Assembly (NCBI GenBank): GCA_965285935.1
Contig: OZ260663.1
Location: 66,278,001-66,342,000, forward strand
DNA length: 64,000 bases
Direction of reading: 5' to 3'
Source: Ophelia neglecta
Taxonomy: Eukaryota
In this document: positions 27,101 through 37,000 of the stretch, piece after piece
Layout: each line of letters opens with the position of its first letter
How positions within the stretch are numbered: position 1 is the first letter of the stretch
Made by a program: the position numbers and the translations under genes
The notes under the pieces: model-generated
What the model was told of the DNA's origin: nothing
Seen by the model: the letters and a program-made list of their open reading frames with translations, nothing else
Databases searched by the model: none

Positions 27101-29039
27101 AAGTTATATACCTGTTGGACATATAACAGTCACTGGAATAATCAATTGGTTATTCCATTCATTGCGTTCAGGTATTTCCCCAAAACCTGAAAAGGATTAC
27201 TCAATTGAATTTAACAGGTTTATGATTCGATCAAAGTATTAAAATTGCTTATATAACTTGAAGTATATTTATATTAAAGTGCGTGTACCAGTTCCGTGAT
27301 CAATGCTGACTCCAAGATAGACTCGTCCACAGTAAAGGTGTGTCATGAGATGGCTGTGTACGTCCGGGATACCGAGATCTGAACCCCCAAGGTAGACACT
27401 CCCGGATGAAGAAAAACGTTGGTTCAAGTTTGAAAATGACCTCGGCAATTTGGTTACCTAAAATGTTAATATTATTGTCCAGTACATATGCATTCACAAA
27501 ATATATAATTATGTAGGTCACCTTCACAGTCACCAAGTTGTGCATGTTTGATAAATAGCAATTGCTCTATGCTGAAATACAAAATAAGTTCTTAAATTAC
27601 AATATTCACCTCAAGGTCAAAAGAGGGTTCGATGACGTCATCAATGCTCAGGAACAATTTGACTTTGTATGTCTGGGTGAAGAGATCAGGATCAGGATCA
27701 AGGACGAAAGAGCCAATGATGTCTACCCTCAAGGCAAGGATGAGATGGGATGACTCCCCAGAGTAAAGGACCTGGTCCATGATGTGGAACTGGAGTATGC
27801 TCAAATCAACGTGATCTAGATTGAAAAAAAGTGTATGCTATCGTCTGCTTTAGGGCAATAACACTTTGTTTTGTTTTGTGGAAAATGGGATAAGATACTC
27901 AGCAAACAATTCCAGTCATTAAATAGGGATATAACCAGTATATCGGCTACACATAATGTCAGAAGTCAGATGTCGTTTAGATATATGCATATAATTACAA
28001 TGTTTGGCGTTCAGATTAATTTGGCCAGCAACTCCTTCTTTTATTATTAGAAGTGAAATAACTAATACTCACTGCTTGTACATTCCAAGAGGTCGGAGAT
28101 ATACTGACAATGATAATTATTCTCATTATCAATTTCATTGTAGGCGGCGTATATTCCTTTCGTCACATGGACACAAACATATTTCAGATTTGCACAATTA
28201 GCTGCTGAAACTTTTACATTAGAGTGACCCTCGATAGTCAAAGTCTCGGACGATTCTGAGGCCAAACCTACGAGAGAAAAAAACGATATATGAATAATCA
28301 TGTATAAAAATGAGAATAGTACAAAATAAAGAAAACATTTAAAGATCTAATTTCCCAATAAATGATATGCCTCTCGTCAATAGTATGTCAAACGTGAATC
28401 ATGTTTCGACTTTAATTTTCTTCGTTCATAAATGGTCAAGTACAATACTGTTTGTACGTATAACACATTGGTTTACTGCTTAGATGTAATCAAATTTTTG
28501 ACGTTAATATTATGACCTTTAAGTAGAAGGTCACTCATGCCACTCTTTTTGAATGACATCCAAGCGTCTGCGATTCCGAGACTATCAACTTCTCCTGCCG
28601 AGGAGAGGTCAACGTCTGTCAGCTGCAGTGTGACCTCATAGTTATCGAAGTCCCCGGCACTGGCCAAAACGTCATTTCCGGAAGGCGCTGTGTTCACAAA
28701 TGACACTCTGCATGAAACGGCCGTGTTAACATCTTGGTACAGTTTCGCTCCTGATAGTTGCAAACTGAATCCTGTCACTTGAAGGTCTGAAAGAAATGAC
28801 AATTTTTAAATCACCGTGATTACAAATATTGTTCCAAAATGTTTATAAAAGCTTTGTTGAAGACAAACTATTATCATGGTACTCCTTTGTTGCTGACGGA
28901 ATTAAAAGGCAATTTATATGAATCATGTGCTGATAAAAAGCCAGTCGAGTGTCAACTGTTCTACATTTCTACCTGGTTGGCCGTAGGATCTCTCCCAGAG
29001 TAGCAGAATTATAAACGACACTAACTGCGATGTCATCAT
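36..29039 (-). CDS. Gene A: giant secreted or cell-surface protein with signal peptide, 33 tandem CARDB-like Cys-stabilised beta-sandwich domains and a Ca-binding EGF domain; 77 coding exons in window, >=4878 aa, 3' end beyond the left edge
   Basis: Manual splice tracing gives an open frame with consistent phases (sum 14635 nt). Exons 5'->3': 29039-28973, 28786-28517, 28267-28073, 27815-27610, 27457-27289, 27186-27112, 26982-26797, 26568-26314, 25925-25743, 25570-25379, 25096-24838, 24734-24574, 24367-24080, 23869-23681, 23340-23258, 23100-22899, 22496-22335, 22227-22136, 21986-21818, 21652-21479, 21182-20967, 20568-20395, 20217-20113, 19947-19793, 19580-19414, 19253-19150, 19053-18962, 18810-18640, 18552-18414, 18310-18165, 17980-17846, 17752-17584, 17452-17327, 17215-17057, 16957-16559, 16450-16268, 16092-15775, 15502-15368, 15245-14988, 14826-14620, 14365-14181, 14088-13923, 13722-13651, 13293-13142, 12713-12509, 12382-12305, 12215-12018, 11849-11670, 11500-11190, 10835-10700, 10485-10198, 10105-9974, 9855-9637, 9294-9091, 8790-8683, 8529-8269, 8138-7966, 7869-7722, 7551-7369, 7188-7012, 6825-6565, 6441-6262, 5612-5468, 5346-5255, 5134-4853, 4715-4557, 4428-4306, 4184-2964, 2850-2708, 2617-2490, 2387-2200, 2001-1897, 1588-1472, 1354-1184, 1096-840, 579(or 612)-384, 191-36. 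Recurrent motifs include CGHVYAILFIDSNDVIEELYEYNN, CGVIYLLVVVDPGNIVIETNENNN and CGLVFLLAVIDDMNSVEELSEYNN. The CARDB (PF07705) resemblance is by eye, not by HMM. Confidence 0.88.
2964..4184 (-). CDS. Gene A exon 68: 1221-nt exon encoding most of domains 28-30
   Basis: Matches the 401-aa ORF 2935..4140. Donor is G|GTAGGG at 2963. The phase-1 acceptor ctag at 4185 is required by the upstream donor; a second TAG at 4201 is out of phase. Confidence 0.85.
9003..9082. repeat. Intronic 40-bp tandem duplication (2 copies)
   Basis: TACCATGCTATGATACACATAACACGTTAC(T/G)AAACATGTT twice with one mismatch, just inside the donor at 9090. Confidence 0.9.
11111..11152. repeat. Interrupted (TA)n microsatellite
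   Basis: Two TA runs separated by TTTT, in a gene A intron. Confidence 0.9.
24398..24467. repeat. Intronic 35-bp tandem duplication (2 copies)
   Basis: AAAATGGATGTCGTCAAAACGATCGAGTGATTTAT followed by AAAATGGAAGTCGTCAAAGAGATCGAGTGATTTAT. Confidence 0.85.
28973..29039 (-). CDS. Gene A exon 1: signal peptide
   Basis: Translates MMTSQLVSFIILLLWERSYGQP: hydrophobic core and a plausible SYG|Q cleavage site. The phase-1 donor G|GTAGAA joins in frame to (D)LQVTGFSLQLSGAKLYQD. Too short for the ORF track. Confidence 0.85.
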
Positions 29040-30980
29040 CTCTGTCTAGTTTGTTATCCAGCCATCGTTTTCATCTGACCGTTCATCCTTAGCTTGGTTC
29101 AGACCAAATTGATAATAAAATTGGTCCAATCAACGAAACGGTCGATTGTTCCTTTACAATATGCAGAAAACCATGTATCTAGGCAATATAACTTACCCAG
29201 TTTATCAGACCACCAAATGAAATTTTAATGATGTATTTCGAAGCACGACGACCGTAGGTAAATAGAAAAATGACATCTAGTCATTTGCTAACAAAAAGAG
29301 TCCTCAATGATTCACACGCTTATTGTTGTTTAGACCAATTGTCAAAAACAACCCAAATCAGTTAATAAATAACTTATGACGATTAGATCGATACCTCGAC
29401 CCGTCCAGAAGTTACAATAAAGCGTTCGCCGTATTTAGATAAATAACCATTTGAACTCACATATAAATAAATTGTATGTCCTCCATATAGGCTTTTATTT
29501 GGCAAGATTTTCCCAAGAGAGCCTGTATGGGAGTATCAAGAAAAACTAGTTTGATTTTAATGTTACAAGGGAAACCAGAGTAACCAGTACAGTCTAGTAG
29601 CTGATCAATCATGCAACAGTTATGGATTTTGTCGTCTGCTATGTCCTTTCAAGCAGATACTATTGAGTCCGTCGTTGATCTACCAAGCTTCAGAGTAGAA
29701 ACAATTGCAAATACTTTTAAGTAAGACCTTTGTCGAATCATGTGGATTTGTAGACGAGTGCTTTAGAATCGGTTTGACAGAGGATATGTAGGGCAACCCA
29801 TTTTTCGAAGAAGGGTAAATATATATACATTTTTTGCTTTGAACTAGCCTTCCAAAGGTATCAGTGTGAAAAACTTATAGTGCAACTAAGACTGGGACGG
29901 CACATAATTCTCCATACTTTCGACAGTTAGTCCGTAGAAAAACCACGATTTCTAACGTTATTCTATCAAACCGATAGTCTAAAAATATGTCTGGTCTAAT
30001 ATAGCCGTAGCCCAAATGACTATAATCTGTAAGTATTTTATATTTTTGTAATTATAATTCCTGTATATATAGAGTCCAAAAAGCATAGCAGGCTTCCGAT
30101 CTATTCCGGACTTTTCCGAACGTATCTGGAGCTTGCGCAGAATACACTTGGGGCGCCTCTGGTTAACACAGCTTTTATCATATAGACAACACTTGCCGAT
30201 GTCCGCCAAAGCCACGTTCTACCTTGATAATTTTAAAATACAAGCCCAAACAGCAAATTTAAACTGTTAATTGCACCGCAACGATCCGCATGATTGTGCT
30301 TGCTTGTTATCATCGGAAGGAAGTGATTTTTTTGGCATCCGTTTGAATGTTAGCTAGTTTTCAAGATGGTGGTTTGGAGTTCAACATATTTTTCTGAATT
30401 ATGGAATAAAATTAATTTATTTGTCATTAGGGCTAATATTTTAGACACCCTTGAAATAAATCCTAATTCTTTGGTATGCATTTTTATATCGCACTTTAAA
30501 CATACGAATGATTTTCGGACGGGGATGGCTTAGCAGTTGAGGAATCTGGTCGGTGTACTATAGTTTTTTTATATATATAGTGGTACATATTAGTCTCGCT
30601 CTACCCCCGACCCTCCACGCCCCAACCCCCCAACCCCCTTCCATCCCACCCTCACCCCGTTACGGTTTTATATATACTCATATTTACCGTGCACGTGCCT
30701 AAATATGAGTTCGCAAAATTTTTTCTGGGACCTTTTGGAGCCATACTCACTGTATACATAGGCCTATGCCATAGGAAGTAAACAGTTGTGTGGCGAAATT
30801 TGGAAATCGTGGCTATTTAAGTTTCACATTTTCAGGATCTTTCAAATAAGCACTTGCGTCGGTTTATATTAGGACATGTAATGAGTAAAACAGTTTTTAT
30901 GAAAAGGTTCATGCAGTTTTGTCATTTAACTTACTATGATTTCCTTTCCTTTGTGCAGAACATATATCATCTGAGATACA
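29040..30980. promoter_or_regulatory. Divergent (candidate bidirectional) promoter and 5' UTR region between genes A and B
   Basis: 1941 bp between outward-facing start codons. It contains a minus-strand donor GTAAGT at 29196 (probable 5' UTR intron of A) and a strong plus acceptor tttcctttcctttgtgcag ending 30958 (5' UTR intron of B). There is a TATA-like TATTTAA at 30814-30820 and GGAAG(T) ETS-like cores near 30315-30325 and 30774. No TSS data. Confidence 0.6.
30604..30658 (-). other. C-run tract (G-quadruplex-capable on the minus strand) in the intergenic region
   Basis: CCCCCGACCCTCCACGCCCCAACCCCCCAACCCCCTTCCATCCCACCCTCACCCC: eight runs of >=3 C in AT-rich surroundings. Confidence 0.6.
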
Positions 30981-31056
30981 ATGGATAAAATGATGCGATC
31001 TACAATTATATTAATTCTGATGAGCATGAACTTGGATATAACAGCTGCCACTGAAG
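30981..31056 (+). CDS. Gene B exon 1: signal peptide
   Basis: Translates MDKMMRSTIILILMSMNLDITAATE. The phase-1 donor G|GTGCGT joins in frame to VDVVLSGFEYRLSGAKLYQD through a TAGCAG tandem acceptor. Confidence 0.8.
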
Positions 31057-34000
31057 GTGCGTATTATTTGTATTCATGATAATTATAGGCCAAAAGCTAT
31101 AATATTAATTATTTTCCATATATCATTATGTACGGAGTTCTTTAAAATCCGTGTAGCGCATAATTGCGTTTTTCTTCATTAGTGCAGTTTGGATAATGTT
31201 AACTGTAAAGGTTAAAACCGATTTTCCAAACCTGTAGCAGTAAGTGTGCACTTCAATAATTATAGCATTCACTCTATTAATTAGCAGTGGACGTCGTGCT
31301 GTCTGGGTTCGAATATCGACTTTCTGGAGCAAAATTGTACCAAGATCAAGACATCAGAGTGCACTTCAATTTTGAAATCGAGAATGTTGCCACGGTCGAA
31401 GGCTGTTGTGAGTATTTTTCGCTCATGAGGAATATGAACAATTATTTAGTATCTTCTTATCCGGGAAAGAATGAATACAAGCTCTGGGATACAAGCGGTA
31501 TTTGTCTGTATTATGTATTGTTTGTATCAATTGAACATTTTATTGAATCGGCAGGTGCGATTAATGGCGCGGTAATCCCAGATGCTAATTTTCTGCCCAC
31601 TCTATTAATCACGGACTCCGATCTCGGGATTCCTGTGGCGGACACATTGGGCTTACAGCCCAATGAAGTCTCTTTATCGCAGAGTGAAACAGAGGCTCTT
31701 TCCAATGGGCTCTTGGACAGAGAATCTATTACATTTTCGTCGGGAGTTTCTACGGTCAATGTATGTGAACTTTTATTTTCCTAAGTGCCTTATAGGTCCG
31801 AAATACCTTTTAATTAATTTAATTGTGACGTTAATGATAATAGAAAAAATAGTGATAAGCACTGGATGAGCTCATTACCAGTACTATACATGTACATCAG
31901 GTGCCGTCGGCAAGTTGTGACGACGTGAGATATTTATGTCTGCGTATTGCCAAGGGGGCCGGGGCGACCTATGGTACGGAGAATTCAGATACAAACAACT
32001 ATCAGTGCCACGATATCTCATCCCTTATGGGATGCACTACAGGTACCCTTCGACTCATTTTGTTGGTGCATATCCTGTTTATATTCTAGAAGTTTTACGA
32101 CTATATGCAGGGATGTAGGGAAGTATCTAAACTAGGTCTATACTAAAACAATTTGAAACAAAGAGCATCTGGCCTTCGAGGTATATATAAGAAGGCAATT
32201 CTACCTTCAACAAATTTATATGAAGATTTTTATGCAGATGTGGTGGATCTCAGTGTTCCCTATTTTGAGGTGGTTGATCACATTGTCCATCGTGGGCACG
32301 CCCTGTCATTGAATTTTCGTGTTGGAGTTTCCCTCCAAGGATCAAGAATGCTAACCCCGGACGCCAGCACAGGAAGTGATGTTTACGAGGTCAAACTCTT
32401 TTTGTCACTAAACGACGTGCTGGAGATTGACACTGATGTTGAGGTATGTTTGCCCTACCAAACGCACACACAAAGCAGAAAATATTCCGCTAGAAATTGC
32501 AAAAGTCCCTTTACAGAGGTTATATGATTCATCCGTTTTTTTATCTACATGATGAAAGTCTCAAGTTATTATGAGAAGAACAGAATTCAAAGAAACACTA
32601 GAAATAATGCAAACCATTGTATATCATTAAATCAAGTACAAATGTGTTATAATTCTTTAGAAAAGCTTAAATTCATCTCTTTTGAATGGCTACTTGGCGA
32701 ATAAGAATGTATACAACTGCTTTTAGCTCGTTGAGAAGCCCCTCAGCTTCTCCCTGCTGTCGACCAGCCTGAGCTCGAGCGGTGTATTAGACCTCAGCGG
32801 ACCAGGCTTGATGGTTCCAGAAGGCCTGGATCCGTCCTTCTGTGGACCGGTATACCTCATAATGTATCTGGATGGAATAACCTGTACGTTATATACTATA
32901 ATAATGAAATTGATTGTTCAATTCAACTAACCCTTGAAGAGCATACTATTTATCAAAAGCCACCCTCTATTTTATACCTTATATGTGAAAGGACCCGTGC
33001 TATAACTAGTTATAGCTATTCAAATGCGGAACGAAAATGTTACATCTTTATAAATTAGTCTACCAAATTTTAAACCTAAAAGGAATCGGCGGGGGTGGGG
33101 GTGGGGGTGGAGTGGGGTGACCCTCCCCTTTCTCCTCTTTCTAGTGTTAATATCATTTTAAGGAATTGTTTTCTCCCTTAACCATTTGAATTCTGGATAT
33201 CTCGTTTATTGCGTTTTTTTTCCAGTTAATTCAAATGAAGACATTATTGAGTTACCAGTAATGATCATGGAAATTTAAAAGAACAGAAAAAATACAAATT
33301 ATTTCTTTTAGCGCCCGGAAACATTGAAGAGATCAACGAAGATAACAATGTGGATACAGCGAAAGTTGTTGTGAAATGCAATGGAGGTATGTAAAAGGGC
33401 AAATCAATCGGATGTTTAATGAGTTGGCTTCTGTCTATTTCATTTTCCTAAGCTGAACAAATAAGAATGTAATGATAAAACATATTGTGTCCATAGTGCC
33501 TAGGCCTTTATTACAACCATGAGTTTGCAATAACATTCCAGGTGATTACTTGTTTACACAATGCAGGTACTAAACAAACAATACAGTTTTAAGCTTGTTC
33601 TGTCGAAATGAAACGCCAGGCAGATACATATTGTTTACTGAAGGCAATTCAGTGTAGTACTCAGTGCATTCTTCTCCAGACAACAATATAACTGTGTGCG
33701 CTCGGTGGAGTCCTGTGACTCCAATTTCGCGATTGTCCAATCTGTCTTTGAATATAACGATTTCCGTATACGGATTTATAATTCATCCACTAGCTAGTCT
33801 ACTGCAGAATTATATCAATGGCACGCCTTTGTTTATTCAGATCAATCGATGAATAAGTTATATTGGGCAGTCACGCTGAACCAATGTCGAAATTATATTT
33901 CCTTGTCCTTTATCAATGAAATAATATAAGCTACGACCTGTTGTTTTCAGGCTGATTGATTGTTTAAAGTTCGTCTGACTCGCATCTTTTCAGAACCACC

Positions 34001-37000
34001 ATCAGTAGTGTACCAGATGCAAACCACCAATATTATCATGCACAGCATCGACACCATAATCATGTTAAAATTATAATATAATTCTTAAGTCCGTCATTAC
34101 CATGTACACTAACTACCTCTTTCAAAACACTTAGCCACCCCTGAGCTGCTGATCGGTTCAGTTTATTTATTACATTCATCTTATATGGTTTTGATTATTA
34201 CACCCACACTTGCTCAGTAAATGAGGAGTTGGTAATAAAATAACTAGCAATGAAATAATCAAAAATATTATGCCAAATATAATTCATTCAACATACCTAA
34301 ACAGCTATATACATAAACAGAAAGTCACCGGCTCACACAATTGCAAGTCGTTCATTATTGTTAAATAAATTGGCATCGTATTAAACAGTATCTTATACTA
34401 TCATGTCATTAGGCCTTAATTGTTTTTTGTCCACAGACGCTATCGCGGTAACAGACTTCCGGTATGACCTGGGGCCGCTCCAGTCGAAGCTGTACCCAAA
34501 GACGAATACCCCAGTGTGGGTGACGGCGGGGGTGTATAACGTGATGGATGAGCAGTCATTCAAGCCCGGGCCAGCCAACTACCAACTTACCCTCTGGCTC
34601 TCCACCACACCAGGTGTCCAGGCTGGTGAGTAACCAGTCGAATCCTCCATAGCAGTCTGGACTCCTTTTACTCTGGCCTTTTTTTTCAATAGCCCCTAGC
34701 TCATGTGAAATGATCCTCAAAATTAACGTATTTATAATGGTGTTTTGTTTATTTTGTACAGTGGTAACTTGTATCCTTTTCTACACTGCAGCTCTTCTAA
34801 ATTACGGCGTTTCTGTCATTCTCGACAATATATCTGCCTGTTATATTTTGTTAATTCCTTCAGGATTATACATACGTGTGTCACAACACGGAGTGAGATA
34901 TTTCGATTCATTGGACCCCCTTCAGGCTGTTCCAAGTGGCGGTCGGTCGACGGTGTCAGCAGTGTTCTGGGTCGATTCTTCCAAGTTTGTTAATAATGTG
35001 CCAGGGTACAAATATTTGGTGCTGAAGGTGGAGTTACCCGTGGACTGGACAGGTCCAGCCGAGACGGTCACCTCTAACAACGCCATGGCCCAGCCTGTAG
35101 AAATATCACCCATATTTCCTTCCGGTAAGCCACAGTACTTAGTAAGGTACTGTAAGAACGAAGGCGTCCTGTGATTGGCCTATGGACACCTGCGTGTCGC
35201 TAGGCCGATCACATCCCATCAGTATCAAATGGAAAAGAAATAACATTATGAATATGCGCTTGACATGAAATATTCGTAATTCAAGTCCTACTGCAACACA
35301 GATCACAGATTAGCTTAGAACTATACAATTAATCTCAAATGGTACGACAAATATATAAACTATTATTGGGTATAAATAACCCGTCGAATGTGGTGAATAT
35401 TTGTTACTCGATTGGCCCAGACAGTGCCCGCCCACATTTAAACATACATATATTACATAAGAATAACCAGCCGTGCCGTAATTACAAATAAGATAATGAT
35501 TCTAAACAAATGGAATCAAACAAATATTGAATTCTTCATGGAGATATTATACACGTCATTACCTTTATCAGCTAGCGAATTACTTCAAAGGTCAATCCTG
35601 TGTTATGCACAACATTACTTGTTTCTAGCCAATACAGTTGCATATAGTGCCTCCTATGCCAGTCAATGTTTATAATGTATTATCACTACATCATGCCACA
35701 CCCAAATATTGGGGATTGCAAGTCTCTGTTATCCCATCAATTAGACATAATGTATTCTATAAGTTAAATTGTAATATTAGTGATATTTCATTGTAGCTCA
35801 AGTGGACTATTTGTTTATCGACGAATTTCACATACGACAGAGAGTGGATGCGGATAAATACATTGCTGCAAATGTCTTACTAGGTATTCATTTTGAACAG
35901 ACACACCATTATTTGTTATTAATCTAAAGTTTTCTATTAAATCATAATAAGGAGAGTAATATACTTAGACATAAATGTTCGCTTTTCTACTAGTGAGTGA
36001 TGTTGACAACGCGAACACCCCATTGGGCGGTGACACACTTTCATTTGATGGGTATGTAGATCTGGCCGGAGGAACCTCTACCAGCATGATAACTAAACTG
36101 CACTGGTCAAAAGACGACAAGTGAGTGAAATCGAATTTAAAAGAAAAGAACACAGAAAGAGAAAGTCACTTTTATAACCACAGTTTGGAAACCGCCCCAG
36201 CCAGAAGCATCACTGAAACGGCTTGTGCAGGGCTCACAAGACAAGGCTCCTCGTGAAGGCATGCCCCAGCAGGAAGCGATATTTTGTGAGTCCGTTATAA
36301 AGAGTACACGTTGTTTCAGTGCTGCGGCTCACAAAACAACGCTTTGCCATGTGGCGGGTTTTCAATCAGTGTAAACATAACCAGGACCGTGGGCGGTAGT
36401 GGAATTTAGACGCCTCGTTGATTATTTATAAGTGAACAATGCATTATTAGCCAAGACAAATGAAAATGAATATAGATAGGACTTCTCTCTCATTGCGAAA
36501 AAAGTCGTCCTGTAACGTCATAAAATACTAAGCTTAGATCCCCAGAGCCCAGGCTTGGATTTGATGAAATATCGGTTGCCATAACTCCCCAGACGTCAGA
36601 TATACAAGCATTTAGCCAAGTACCTAGTTTATTGGGTCAAAGGTTGTTTTCATGTAAGTAACTACAATTTTTTTCAGATATGATGAAAATGACCTGGATT
36701 CCCAAATTATTCTCCAGCTGCAAACCATACTGCCTCATTTTGTCAAAGTAACGCCAGGATCAGAAAGCTCACTAACGATCCCTGCCGATAAAAGTTATTG
36801 TGGCGCCATCTGGGGAATAGTTCACTTTAAAAGAACGGCCAGTCAGAGCGAGGACAATGAGAAGCTTAAATATAATAACTTTGGCATGGATGTGGTTGTT
36901 CTAAGGTGTCACGTAGATGGTTAGTTTTTAAAGACAATTCAGTGTAACAATATATGCCGAAATCTGGTTAAAACGTAACGTATTTGGTGTAACAGTTGCC

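Noticed and set aside
855-28201. Plus-strand ORFs in the left half (e.g. 3473-3742, 15945-16229, 23521-23835)
   Set aside because: Mostly antisense shadows of gene A exons, with no motifs or splice continuity.
29979-30215. 78-aa ORF in the intergenic region as a third gene
   Set aside because: Non-ATG start, no recognisable motif and no convincing splice partners.
30517-30560. GGATGGCTTAGCAGTTGAG resembling a tRNA/SINE A-box
   Set aside because: No B-box (GTTCRA) or cloverleaf follows.
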